64,000 nucleotides of DNA, taken from assembly GCA_965367245.1 (NCBI GenBank), contig CBDUIC010000003.1:74622-138621 (forward strand), in the 5' to 3' direction. This DNA is from an uncultured bacterium (lineage in GTDB: Bacteria > Myxococcota_A > UBA796 > GCA-2862545). The translations under genes and the position numbers were made by a program. Position 1 is the stretch's first letter, and each line of letters begins with the position of its first letter. The notes beneath the pieces were generated by a model, which saw only the letters and a program-made list of their open reading frames with translations, did no database searches and was not told the origin of the DNA. Shown piece after piece: positions 44,596 through 53,880 of the stretch.

Positions 44596-45957
44596 TTGCT
44601 GTGGACCACCCTGTGGCTGCTCGCGTGCGGCGGTGACGAGCCCGAGCCGACCCCCGACCCCGGGGTCGACACCGGCACCTTCGTCGCCCCCGAGCCCGGC
44701 GAGCCCCTCCTGAGCTTCGACGGGCCTCCCCCCCGCAACGTGCTGATGATCAGCATCGACACCTACCGGCGCGACAACGTCGGCCGCTTCGGCGACCGTG
44801 ATCTCACCCCGTTCTTCGACCAGCTCATGAACGAGGGCGTCGTGGCCGAGCACCACCGGCAGTGCTCGAACTGGACGTGGCAGTCCACCAGCTGCACGCT
44901 GCAGGGCCAGTACCCCGAAGACATCGGGCACATGCCCCGCCTCGAGCCCGAAGGTCGCACCCCGATCCCCCCCGGGCAGACCACCCTGGCCACCCTGCTG
45001 TCCGACGCCGGCTTCGGCACCTCGCTGCAGTCCACCAACATGTGGCTGGGCCCTGAGTGGGGCAACGCTCAGGGCTACGACATCATCAACCCGCTGGCCC
45101 TGCCCAGCGCGGCCAACCTCCTCGACGTGGCGAGCAGCGAGGTGGTGCACGACCTCGACGAATACAGTGCCGATGGCCGCTGGTTCATGCACGTGCACCT
45201 GATGGAGGCCCACGCTCCCTACACGCCGCCGGAGGAGCTGCGGGTCGGAGCCGACGAGCTCGAGCCGCTCCCGTTCGACCTCGACACCCAGCCCGGCCAC
45301 TACGAAGCCACCGGCCAGTGGCCCGACCTCACCGACGAGGAGCAGGAGCTGCTGTTGGCCCACCTACAGGTGCGCTACGACGGCGAGATCCGGTGGATCG
45401 ACCAGCAGCTCGCGACGGGCTGGCCCATCCTCGAGGAGCGAGGCATCCTCGACGACACGCTGGTGGTGGTGTGGTCCGACCACGGCGAGGCTTTCTTCGA
45501 GCACGGTCAGCAGACCCACGCCCACTACCTGTTCGGCGAAGAGACCGACGGCCTGCTGTTCTTCTGGGCCGACAACCTGCAGTCCGCGAGCTGGTCGGAG
45601 CCTACGCACGCCATCGACGTGGTCCCCACCATCCTCGACGCGGTCGGGGTCGACATCCCCGAGGAGCTCCCCGGCGCGCCGCTGGGTGCGGCCCCCCTCG
45701 ATCGCACGCTGTTCAGCAGCACCTACACCCGCCAGGGCGTGCTCCATGCCGCTGCCTGGCGCGACTACGTGCTGCACTACCGCTGGGACGACGGCCAGCG
45801 ACGCCTGTACGACCGGTCCGTCGACCCGACCGAGCTCACCGACCTGCTCCTCGACCAGCCCGGCCACTACATGCTCGACCGCCTCTGGGCCGAGATGGAG
45901 CCCCGGGTGCAGCGGATGGATCCGCTCATCGCCGACCAGAGCCCCACCCTGCCCTGA
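44596..45957 (+). CDS. sulfatase-like hydrolase/transferase (alkaline-phosphatase superfamily), lipoprotein
   Basis: The TTG start has GGAGG 7 nt upstream. Lipobox LLACGG. The AP-superfamily core is NVLMISIDTYRRDNVG...VVVWSDHGEAFFEHGQQTHA. No canonical C/S-x-P-x-R sulfatase motif was seen, so it may be a phosphotransferase- or phosphodiesterase-type member. Confidence 0.7.
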   Translation: MLWTTLWLLACGGDEPEPTPDPGVDTGTFVAPEPGEPLLSFDGPPPRNVLMISIDTYRRDNVGRFGDRDLTPFFDQLMNEGVVAEHHRQCSNWTWQSTSCTLQGQYPEDIGHMPRLEPEGRTPIPPGQTTLATLLSDAGFGTSLQSTNMWLGPEWGNAQGYDIINPLALPSAANLLDVASSEVVHDLDEYSADGRWFMHVHLMEAHAPYTPPEELRVGADELEPLPFDLDTQPGHYEATGQWPDLTDEEQELLLAHLQVRYDGEIRWIDQQLATGWPILEERGILDDTLVVVWSDHGEAFFEHGQQTHAHYLFGEETDGLLFFWADNLQSASWSEPTHAIDVVPTILDAVGVDIPEELPGAPLGAAPLDRTLFSSTYTRQGVLHAAAWRDYVLHYRWDDGQRRLYDRSVDPTELTDLLLDQPGHYMLDRLWAEMEPRVQRMDPLIADQSPTLP

Positions 45958-45963
45958 TCCCCA

Positions 45964-46365
45964 TCACACCACCGTGTAGCCGATGGCGAGCATGGCCAGC
46001 AGGGAGGTCATGAAGCAGAGCGTTCGCAGGAAGGGCACCCCGGCGAGGTACATCGGCAGGTAGGCGCACCGTGCCGCGAAGTAGACCCAGCCCGCCGTCA
46101 CCGCCAGCGGATCCGCCTGCTCTACGTGGGCCAGCACCGCCAGGACGAAGAAGGCAGGCAACGTCTCGAGCAGGTTGCGCTCCGCACGTATCGCCCGCTC
46201 GACCAGCGGACTCGTGGGCTCGCCCTCGTCGCGCGGGCCCGCCGTGTAGCGTAGGTTGTCGGCCACTGACCGCTCGGACACCAGCCCGTAGCGAAGCGCC
46301 GGCACCAGGAACACCTGTACCAGCAGCAGCCCCACCACCGCCACGATCACCAACACCATGCCCAC
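45964..46365 (-). CDS. MAPEG-family membrane protein
   Basis: 133 aa with 3-4 TM helices. It resembles MAPEG in RAIRAERNLLETLPAFFVLAVLAHV...YFAARCAYLPMY. Confidence 0.7.
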   Translation of the reverse strand: MGMVLVIVAVVGLLLVQVFLVPALRYGLVSERSVADNLRYTAGPRDEGEPTSPLVERAIRAERNLLETLPAFFVLAVLAHVEQADPLAVTAGWVYFAARCAYLPMYLAGVPFLRTLCFMTSLLAMLAIGYTVV

Positions 46366-46453
46366 CTCCGGCCGGGTTGTACCACCGTTTCACGAGCCGT
46401 CGTCGGGATTGACAGGCGGTACCACCGGGGTACCGGCCCGACCGGAGGATCCG

Positions 46454-48268
46454 ATGGACCACGCGCCCAGGCCCCCTGACAACGCATCACCGCCGCCCCC
46501 TGCAGATGGTTGGGACCTCACCCACATCTACGCGACCCTGGAGCACTTCGAGGCGGCCCTGGCGTCGGCCGCCCAGCAGGTCGAGAGCCTCGCGGCCTTG
46601 CAGGCCACCCTCCACCGAGGGCCGGGCAGCCTGCTTGCCGTGCTCCGCACCTTCTGGAGCGCGCACCAGGCCATCGGCACCCTGCGCACCTACACGCACA
46701 ACCACAGCAACGCCGACACCCGCCACGACGGCTGGCAGCAACGCAAGGGCCGCGCCGACCACCTCTACGCGTCCTTCGAGGCCGCCAGCGCGTGGCTCGA
46801 TCCCGAGCTGCTCGCCGCCGGCGACGACGTGCGCAGCTGGCTGCGCGACGAGCCCGAGCTCGCGCCCTACCGAGTGCCCGTCGAGCGAACCCTGCGCAGG
46901 GGCCCCCACACCCTCGACGCCGACCAGGAGAAGCTCCTCGCCCTGACCAGCGAGCCCCACCGCGCCGCCTTCGAGACCTTCGTCACCTTCACCTCGGCCG
47001 AGCTCGCCTTCGACCACATCGATGTCGACGGCAACTCCACTCAGCTCACTCCCTCGACCTTCCAGCGCCTGCGCCTGCACCCCGACCGCGCCGTCCGTCG
47101 CCAAGCCTTCGACGGGTTCTACGGCAGCTTCGGCCGGCACCAGGCCACCCTGGGCAGCTTGCTCACCACCACCGTGCGCTCCCACTGGGGCCTCGCCCGG
47201 GCCAGGGGCTTCTCCTCGTGCCTGGAGCAGGCCCTGCACGCCGAGTTCCTTCCCCGCGCCGTGGTCGACACGCTGATCTCCGAGGTGCACGCCGGCCGCC
47301 CGACGCTGCACCGCTACCTGCGGCTCCGCGCGCGGCGCATGCAGCTCGACGACCTCGGCTACCACGACCTGTACATGCCTCTGGTCGCTACCGAGCGTTC
47401 CTTCGACTACGCGACCGCGAAGCGCTGGGCGCTGGCATCGACCGCACCGCTGGGCAGCGCCTACCAACAGGCGGTGGCCGAGGGCCTGAACGGCGGCTGG
47501 ATCGATGTCTACCCGCGCCCCGGCAAGGTGTCCGGCGGCTACATGTCGGGCGGTGCCTTCGGCGTGCACCCCTACATCCTGCTCAACCACAACGACACCT
47601 GGGGCTCCGTGCGCACCCTCGCCCACGAGATGGGCCACGCCATGCACACCGCCCTCAGCCAGGCGCACCAGCCCTACCCCGCCTCGCACTACGCCATCTT
47701 CGTGGCCGAGGTCGCCAGCACCTTCCACGAGCACCTCCTCCTGCACCACCTCCGCGCCCAGGCGTCGTCACGCGCCGAGCGGTTGTTCTTCCTCGGGGAG
47801 CAGCTCGAGAACCTCCGGAGCACCTTCTTCCGCCAGGCGATGTTCGCCGAGTTCGAGCTGCAGCTGCACGAAGCCCAGGAGCGAGGCGAGCCCCTCACCG
47901 GAGCCTCCATCACCGAGCGCTACCGCGAGCTGCTCCACACCACCTTCGGCCACGACGAGGGCGTGGTGCGCATCGCCGACGCCGACGCCTTCGAGTGGGC
48001 CTACATCCCCCACCTGCACCTCGACTTCTACGTCTACCAATACGCCACCTCCCTCGCCGCATCGTCGCAGCTCGCCCAGGAGGTCATCGATGGGGTGCCA
48101 GGCGCCCTCGACCGCCACCAGGCGCTGCTGCGAGCGGGGGGCTCCGACGACGCACATCAGCTCCTCGTCTCGGCGGGCATCGACCTCACCCAGCCCGAGC
48201 CCTACCGTGCCCTGGTCCGCCAGATGGGCTCTCTCCTCGACGAGATGGAGCAGCTCCTCGAAGAGTAG
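46454..48268 (+). CDS. pepF: oligoendopeptidase F (peptidase family M3B)
   Basis: HEMGH zinc motif (TLAHEMGHAMH) with a downstream E, and an overall M3B layout. The start was set at the Met at 46454 (MDHAPRPPD), after a Gly/Pro-rich leader in the track ORF. Confidence 0.9.
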   Translation: MDHAPRPPDNASPPPPADGWDLTHIYATLEHFEAALASAAQQVESLAALQATLHRGPGSLLAVLRTFWSAHQAIGTLRTYTHNHSNADTRHDGWQQRKGRADHLYASFEAASAWLDPELLAAGDDVRSWLRDEPELAPYRVPVERTLRRGPHTLDADQEKLLALTSEPHRAAFETFVTFTSAELAFDHIDVDGNSTQLTPSTFQRLRLHPDRAVRRQAFDGFYGSFGRHQATLGSLLTTTVRSHWGLARARGFSSCLEQALHAEFLPRAVVDTLISEVHAGRPTLHRYLRLRARRMQLDDLGYHDLYMPLVATERSFDYATAKRWALASTAPLGSAYQQAVAEGLNGGWIDVYPRPGKVSGGYMSGGAFGVHPYILLNHNDTWGSVRTLAHEMGHAMHTALSQAHQPYPASHYAIFVAEVASTFHEHLLLHHLRAQASSRAERLFFLGEQLENLRSTFFRQAMFAEFELQLHEAQERGEPLTGASITERYRELLHTTFGHDEGVVRIADADAFEWAYIPHLHLDFYVYQYATSLAASSQLAQEVIDGVPGALDRHQALLRAGGSDDAHQLLVSAGIDLTQPEPYRALVRQMGSLLDEMEQLLEE

Positions 48269-48318
48269 TTGGCCCTTCTTACATGCTGTGCAATCCCTGC
48301 TTACATCTGGAGCGCCCG

Positions 48319-48981
48319 ATGGCGATCACCGTCCACCACCTGGAGCAGAGCCGCTCCCATCGCATCCTCTGGTTCCTCGAGGAGGTCGGAGCCGACTACC
48401 AGGTGCGCCGCTACCAGCGCGACCCGAAGACCTGGCGAGCCCCTCCCGAGCTCACCCGCGTCCATCCTCGCGGGCGGGCCCCGGTGGTCGAGATCGACGG
48501 CCGGGTGCTCGCAGAGTCGGGCGCCATCCTCGAGACCCTCGCCGAGGAGTTCGGCAGCGAGCTGCTTCCGTCGCGCGACAGCGAAGACTTCGCCCACCAT
48601 CGGTTCTTCCTCCACTACGCCGAGGGCTCGCTGATGACGCCCCTGCTGGTCGGGCTGATCATGAGCAAGGTGTCGAAGGCGAAGGTGCCCTTCTTCGTTC
48701 GCCCCGTCGTGCAGGGCATCGTGCGCAACGTAAACACCTCTTACACGTGGCCGGAGATCTCCGGCCACGCCACCTTCCTGGAGGGTCACCTGGCCGAGCA
48801 CCCGTGGTTCAGCGGGGAGCAGTTCGGCATCGCCGACATCCAGATGTCCTACGGCGTGGTCGCTGCCATCGAGCGTGACGCCATCCGCGACGACGTGCCC
48901 AAGGTGCACGACTGGGTCGCCCGCATCCGGGCTCGGCCTGCCTACGAGCGTGCCGTGGAGCGCGGTGGGCCACCAGTGTAA
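48319..48981 (+). CDS. glutathione S-transferase
   Basis: MAITVHHLEQSRSHRILWFLEEVGADYQV... is a thioredoxin-like GST N-domain. A helical GST C-domain follows (HPWFSGEQFGIADIQM). Confidence 0.85.
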   Translation: MAITVHHLEQSRSHRILWFLEEVGADYQVRRYQRDPKTWRAPPELTRVHPRGRAPVVEIDGRVLAESGAILETLAEEFGSELLPSRDSEDFAHHRFFLHYAEGSLMTPLLVGLIMSKVSKAKVPFFVRPVVQGIVRNVNTSYTWPEISGHATFLEGHLAEHPWFSGEQFGIADIQMSYGVVAAIERDAIRDDVPKVHDWVARIRARPAYERAVERGGPPV

Positions 48982-49046
48982 GTCCTGCTCATGCCTCTGC
49001 GCGTGAATGCGACCTCCCCCACCCCGTCCCTGGGGTAGGAGGACTC

Positions 49047-49940
49047 ATGCGCCGCATCCTCACCCTGTGCCTCCTGTGGCCGACCCTCGCCCTGGCCAAG
49101 CAGACGAGCTTCGAGCGCGTCGAGACCGCCAAGCGCTGGTCGTTCGACGTGGGGTGGCGCGACGACGCCGGCCGCTACGAGGTCCACTACAAGGTCGACC
49201 GCGACCTCATCGACGGCGACCGGGCCGAGCTGACCTTCCTCCCCCGCCGTCAGCTCAACCAGCACGCCGTGGCGGCCATCGAGGCCTACGGGGCCACGCT
49301 GCGCAGTGTCACCGTCACCGCCTCCATCGAGCGCGGCGGCGTGCGCATCGGCGTGTCGGGCCCCCCCGACGCTGCCCGCGCCGCGCTGGCCGAGGCGGAG
49401 GCCGTTCGAGATCGGGCCATCGACGGGTGGCTGGCCGACAACCGGTTCTTCCGCATGGCCAGCGGCAGCCTGAGCTTCGACCACGCCCGCCTCGTCGGCG
49501 ACTACGCGCCGGGGCTCGCACCCGTGGCCGCGGCCCTGACCGAGGGCGTGGGCAAGCGCCGCCAGGCCATCAGCCAGGTGCTGTCCTTCGTGCAGTCCAT
49601 CCCCTACGAGAAGCGCACTCGCAAGGGCGACGACCCCGGCTACCGGCGGCCCCTCGCCTTGCTGTTCCGCAACCGCGGCGACTGCGACTCCAAGGCGGTG
49701 CTGTTCCTCGGGCTGCTGCGCGCCGAGAACCCCGAGCTGCCCACGGCCGTGATCTACATCCCCGGCCACGCCCTCGTCGGCCTCGGCATCACCCCCCGCC
49801 CGGGCGACACCACCCTCGAGCACGACGGCCAGACCTACGTGCTCGCCGAGCCCGTCGGGCCCGCCGAGCATGCGCTGGGGGTCATCGACGACGCCAGCCG
49901 CAAGGGGCTCAAGCGCGCCGAGGTCTACGCCGTTCCGTAG
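49047..49940 (+). CDS. hypothetical secreted protein (possible transglutaminase-like Cys-protease fold)
   Basis: GGAGG lies 6 nt upstream. Signal peptide MRRILTLCLLWPTLALA. The segment RNRGDCDSKAVLFLGLLRAENPELPTAVIYIPGHALVG resembles the Cys...His arrangement of transglutaminase-like cores; this is a tentative resemblance. Confidence 0.5.
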   Translation: MRRILTLCLLWPTLALAKQTSFERVETAKRWSFDVGWRDDAGRYEVHYKVDRDLIDGDRAELTFLPRRQLNQHAVAAIEAYGATLRSVTVTASIERGGVRIGVSGPPDAARAALAEAEAVRDRAIDGWLADNRFFRMASGSLSFDHARLVGDYAPGLAPVAAALTEGVGKRRQAISQVLSFVQSIPYEKRTRKGDDPGYRRPLALLFRNRGDCDSKAVLFLGLLRAENPELPTAVIYIPGHALVGLGITPRPGDTTLEHDGQTYVLAEPVGPAEHALGVIDDASRKGLKRAEVYAVP

Positions 49941-50485
49941 ATGGTCGCCCGCATCGAGGCGCGCTGGCACTGCTCCGCCTGCCACGCCGCCAGCGCGGGA
50001 GCGTGGGCCTGCCAGCCCAGCGCGGGGAGGCGAAAGTCGAGGTAGGCCATGGCGCAGCCCAGGGTGAGCGCACCCGCCGAGTCGGCCTCGGGCGGCAGGC
50101 ATCCCTCCACCGCATCGACGATCCGGTGCAGGCGGACCTGCTGGCGTGCCATCCACGACGGCGACTGCTCCGAAGCCGGCCGCCGGCCCTCCAGCACCAC
50201 CACCAGCGCCGCCTCCATCAGCCCGTGGGCCATCGCCTCGTGCCATCGGTCGACCCGCGACCGCGGCCGCGGATCGAGGGCGGCCACGATCGACCGGGAG
50301 TCGCACAGCGGCATCGCGCCGGCTGCCACCAGCGCCGGCACCTTGCCGATGGGGTTGTGGGCCAGCAGCTCCGGGTCGTCGTCGAGGGGCGACACGTAGC
50401 GGAGCTCCAGCTCGATGCCCCGCTCGTGGGCGAGCACCCGAACGGCTCGGGTGAACGGGGACGTGGGCGACGCGAGCAACACCAT
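49925..50485 (-). CDS. glutathione S-transferase-like protein
   Basis: From the internal Met: MVLLASPTSPFTRAVRVLAHERGIELELRYVSPLDDDPELLAHNPIGKVPAL, a GST N-domain with a helical C-domain. The upstream part of the track ORF is Arg/Pro-rich junk. Confidence 0.7.
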   Translation of the reverse strand: MVLLASPTSPFTRAVRVLAHERGIELELRYVSPLDDDPELLAHNPIGKVPALVAAGAMPLCDSRSIVAALDPRPRSRVDRWHEAMAHGLMEAALVVVLEGRRPASEQSPSWMARQQVRLHRIVDAVEGCLPPEADSAGALTLGCAMAYLDFRLPALGWQAHAPALAAWQAEQCQRASMRATIYGTA

Positions 50486-50563
50486 GAGACCTCCGGCGCA
50501 TCGAGTGTGGGACGCTGCCTCGCGCGTATCCGGGATAGGAGCACCGTCCACCCAGGACGACCC

Positions 50564-51082
50564 ATGAAGCTGATCGACCTCGATGGCGACACCAACCTCC
50601 TCCGAATGGCGTGGGACCGGCTGTCTCCTCTTCCCGGTGGCAACCGCGTCTTCTCGCGGCTCGTCGGCAGGATGGCTCCCTACACGGGCACCATTCGGGC
50701 TCGGGTCGTGCAGCTCGAGCCGGGCCACAGCCGGGTCCGCATGAACGACCGCCCCGCCCTGCGCAACCACCTCCGGTCGGTGCACGCTGTCGCCCTCGCC
50801 AACCTCGCCGAGCTCACCGGCAACGTCGCCCTCGCCTACAGCATGCCCGACGACGCACGGTTCATCGTCGCCGGGATGAGCTTCGACTACGTCAAGAAGG
50901 CGCGGGGCACCATCGAGGGGCGCTGCGACTGCCCCGTGCCCACCGACAGCCGCCGCACCGAGTACGAGGTGCCCGTCACCCTGCACGACCCCACGGGGGA
51001 GGTGGTGGTGAAGGCCACGCTGCGCACGCTGGTGGGGCCGAAGCCACCCCGTGGGGCCTCCCACGGTGGGGCACGCACGTGA
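50564..51082 (+). CDS. hotdog-fold thioesterase-like protein (DUF4442/PaaI-like)
   Basis: MKLIDLDGDTNLLRMAWDRLSPLPGGNRVFSRLVGRMAPYTGTIRARVVQLEPGHSRV. 172 aa. Its stop overlaps the next gene's GTG (GTGA). Confidence 0.65.
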   Translation: MKLIDLDGDTNLLRMAWDRLSPLPGGNRVFSRLVGRMAPYTGTIRARVVQLEPGHSRVRMNDRPALRNHLRSVHAVALANLAELTGNVALAYSMPDDARFIVAGMSFDYVKKARGTIEGRCDCPVPTDSRRTEYEVPVTLHDPTGEVVVKATLRTLVGPKPPRGASHGGART

Positions 51083-52611
51083 GCCAGGGGCCCCCCGACG
51101 AGGGAGCGCGCCGTGCCCAGCGATACATGCAGGCCTTCCGCGACGCCCCCATCGGCATGGCCGTGGTCGGCACCGACGAGCGCATCCTCGAGGCCAACGA
51201 CGCGCTGTGCCGCATGCTCGGCTACTCCCAGGAGGAGCTGCTCGCACGCACGGTGATCGACATCACCCATCCCGACGACCTGCAGGTGGAGACCGAACAC
51301 AAGGCCGCCGCCTACCACGACCGCGTTGGCTCCTTTCAGGTGCAGAAGCGCTACGTGCGCGCCGACGGCAGCGTGCTGATGGGCCGCTTGTCGGTGTCGA
51401 CGACCTATGGGCCTGATGGGTCGCCATCCTACTTCGTCGGCCAGCTCGAAGACGTCACCGAGCAGCAGCGGCTGCACACGCAGCTGAGTCAGCTGCAGCG
51501 GCTCGAGAGCCTCGGGCAGCTCGCCGGCGGCGTCGCCCACGACTTCAACAACATGCTGGCGGTGATCCTCGGCTTCGGCGAGATACTGGGCGAGACCCTG
51601 CAGGCCGACGCCCAGCGCCGCGACCTCGACGAGATCATGCGAGCGGCAGAGCGCGCCAGAGACCTCACCCGGCAGCTCCTCGCCGTGGGCCGACGTGGGC
51701 AGCTCGGCCCCGACGTCATCGACATCAACCAGAGCGTCCGCGACACGGCGCGCATGCTCGACCGGGTGCTCGGCAGCGACGTGCAGGTCGCCCTCGACCT
51801 CGAAGCCAGCGTTGGGGCAGCCCGCATCGACGAAGTCCACCTCGAGCAGATCCTGCTCAACCTGGCCGTGAACGCACGCGACGCGATGCCCACGGGCGGC
51901 ACCTTCCGGATCTCCACCACCATCGAGCACGTCGCCACGCAGCGTCCTGGCCTGTCGCCGGGCGCGTACGTGCGGCTCGAGATTCGCGACGACGGCGTGG
52001 GGATGAGCGACGACACCACCGCCCATCTCTTCGAGCCCTTCTTCACGACCAAGGCTGCCGGCCACGGCACCGGCCTGGGGCTTGCTACGGTCTATGGCAT
52101 CGTCCGCCAGACGCAGGGGCACATCACGGTCGCATCCGCGCCCGGCCGTGGCACCACCTTCACCCTGTGGATCCCCGCCAGCAAAGCGGCGACGCGCCCC
52201 GACGAGCCAGGCCATCCCGTGGAAGCGACCCGACCGGGTCGCATCCTGTTCGCCGAAGACGAGCCCGCCCTTCGCTCTCTGTGCCAACGGGTGCTCGCAG
52301 GAGCCGGCTACGAGGTGCTCGTCGCCTCCGATGGGGGGGAGGCGCTCCATCACGCCGCTGCCGCGGAGCCCCTCGATCTGCTCATCACCGATGTCACGAT
52401 GCCCGACATGCACGGCCCCAGGCTCGCCGACATCCTGCATCAGAGCCGGCCCGACCTGTCGGTGCTGTTCATCTCCGGCCACGCCAGGGGCGCGGTGCCG
52501 TCTGGCGGCGACGGCGCCCACGTAGACTTCCTGGCCAAGCCCTTCCGGCCCGACGACCTGCTGCAGCGGGTGCAGGGGCTGCTGGAGCGCCGACACCTCA
52601 CGAAGCGCTGA
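51079..52611 (+). CDS. hybrid sensor histidine kinase / response regulator with a PAS domain
   Basis: PAS: ILEANDALCRMLGYSQEELLARTVIDITHPDD. HisKA H-box: LAGGVAHDFNNML. HATPase N/G boxes: LNLAVNARDAM, DDGVGMSDD, GHGTGLGLATV. C-terminal REC: RILFAEDEPALR...DLLITDVTMPDMHG...KPF. Confidence 0.85.
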   Translation: MSQGPPDEGARRAQRYMQAFRDAPIGMAVVGTDERILEANDALCRMLGYSQEELLARTVIDITHPDDLQVETEHKAAAYHDRVGSFQVQKRYVRADGSVLMGRLSVSTTYGPDGSPSYFVGQLEDVTEQQRLHTQLSQLQRLESLGQLAGGVAHDFNNMLAVILGFGEILGETLQADAQRRDLDEIMRAAERARDLTRQLLAVGRRGQLGPDVIDINQSVRDTARMLDRVLGSDVQVALDLEASVGAARIDEVHLEQILLNLAVNARDAMPTGGTFRISTTIEHVATQRPGLSPGAYVRLEIRDDGVGMSDDTTAHLFEPFFTTKAAGHGTGLGLATVYGIVRQTQGHITVASAPGRGTTFTLWIPASKAATRPDEPGHPVEATRPGRILFAEDEPALRSLCQRVLAGAGYEVLVASDGGEALHHAAAAEPLDLLITDVTMPDMHGPRLADILHQSRPDLSVLFISGHARGAVPSGGDGAHVDFLAKPFRPDDLLQRVQGLLERRHLTKR

Positions 52612-52636
52612 TCCAAATACTTGCCCGTCCTGTTCG

Positions 52637-52652
52637 TTCAGTTATTACTGAA
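52637..52652. promoter_or_regulatory. perfect 16-bp palindrome TTCAGTTATTACTGAA in the AT-rich leader, 22 nt upstream of the GbsR/MarR start, nested inside a CCCGTC...GACGGG inverted repeat (52624-52669). Candidate operator.
   Basis: Read directly from the sequence. It is a local AT-rich island in a 70% GC genome. Confidence 0.5.
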
Positions 52653-52673
52653 TGACTAAAACTGACGGGTACG

Positions 52674-53135
52674 ATGCAGCAGCGAGCGCAAGAACTGGCA
52701 GACCGGATCAGCCTCGTCTTCGAGGGGGCGGGGCTGTCACCCGTGGCGGGGCGCATCGTCGGCCACCTGCTGCTGTGCGAGCCGCGCGAGCAGTCGAGCG
52801 CCGAGCTCGCGGCCTCCACCCACGCCTCCAAGGGCTCGATCAGCACCCAGACGCAGCTGCTCGCCACCATGGGTCTCATCGAGCGCACCCGAAAGCCGGG
52901 GAGCCGCGCGGCCTTCTACCGGATTCGCCCTCACGTGTGGACCGACCTGCTGCAGCTCGAGGTCGCTCGCACCCAGCAGCTGCACGAGCTGGCCAAGGAG
53001 GCCATCACCCTCAAGCGGGCCATGGGCGAGCCCATCGACGACCGCTTGTCTGACTTCCGCGGATTCACCGAGTTCTTTCTCGCGCGCCTGCCCGCCCTCA
53101 TCGACGAGTGGCGCGCGCTGCAGATGGAGAGTTGA
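52674..53135 (+). CDS. GbsR/MarR-family winged-helix transcriptional regulator
   Basis: The motif AGRIVGHLLLCEPREQSSAELAASTHASKGSISTQTQLLATMGLIERTRKPGSRAAFYRI is GbsR/MarR-type wHTH. 153 aa. Its stop overlaps the next start (TGATG). Confidence 0.7.
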   Translation: MQQRAQELADRISLVFEGAGLSPVAGRIVGHLLLCEPREQSSAELAASTHASKGSISTQTQLLATMGLIERTRKPGSRAAFYRIRPHVWTDLLQLEVARTQQLHELAKEAITLKRAMGEPIDDRLSDFRGFTEFFLARLPALIDEWRALQMES

Positions 53136-53872
53136 TGCGACGTTTCCTGCCCCTGTTGCTCCTCGTGGCCACCACGGCCCTCGCCGGCGACAAGCCCACC
53201 ATCGAAGAGCTGCTCGACGCCACCGACGACGTCAACCGAGGAGCCTCCTCCACGGCGGTGATGTCGATGCAGGTCAAGACCGACCGCTACGAGCGGTCGA
53301 TGAAGATGAAGGCCAAGTCCCAGGGGGAGGAGAACAGCCTCATCGTCATCCTCGAGCCGGCCAAGGACGCAGGCATCGCCACGCTGAAGGTCGGCGACAA
53401 CCTGTGGAACTACATGCCCAAGGTCGACCGCACGATGAAGATCCCCGCGGGGATGATGTCGGGCAGCTGGATGGGCAGCCACCTGTCGAACGACGACCTG
53501 GTGCGCAACAGCCGCCTTCGCGACGACTTCACCTACCAGATGGTCTCCGAGCCCGCCGACGACGGCACGGGCGAGTGGGTCATCGAGCTGGTGCCCAAGC
53601 CCGATGCCGCGGTGGTGTGGGGCAAGGTCGTGGTGACGATCCGCCCCGACAAGGTCCCCACCAAGATCGAATACTTCGACGAGAAGGGCAACCTGGTGCG
53701 CACCCTCGGCTTCGACCGCATCGAGCAGGTCGGCGAGCGGCAGGTGCCGATGGAGATGTCGGTCATCCCCGGTGACAAGCCCGACGAGTTCACCCGCATC
53801 ACCTACGACGAGCTCAGTTTCGACGTCGAGCACGACGCGAGCACGTTCAGCCTCCAGGCCCTCAAGAAGTAG
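53135..53872 (+). CDS. LolA-like outer-membrane lipoprotein-sorting / lipoprotein-carrier-like protein
   Basis: Signal peptide MRRFLPLLLLVATTALAG. LolA-like beta-rich fold cues: GEWVIELVPKPDAAVVWGKVVVTIRPDKVPTKIEYFDEKGNLVRTLGFDRIEQV. Confidence 0.65.
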   Translation: MRRFLPLLLLVATTALAGDKPTIEELLDATDDVNRGASSTAVMSMQVKTDRYERSMKMKAKSQGEENSLIVILEPAKDAGIATLKVGDNLWNYMPKVDRTMKIPAGMMSGSWMGSHLSNDDLVRNSRLRDDFTYQMVSEPADDGTGEWVIELVPKPDAAVVWGKVVVTIRPDKVPTKIEYFDEKGNLVRTLGFDRIEQVGERQVPMEMSVIPGDKPDEFTRITYDELSFDVEHDASTFSLQALKK

Positions 53873-53880
53873 GAGGCGCT

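Noticed and set aside
44137-45363. 408-aa minus-strand ORF
   Set aside because: It is antisense to the sulfatase-like and PilZ genes, which have clear family motifs and SD sequences. The translation is Gly/Val/Arg-rich.
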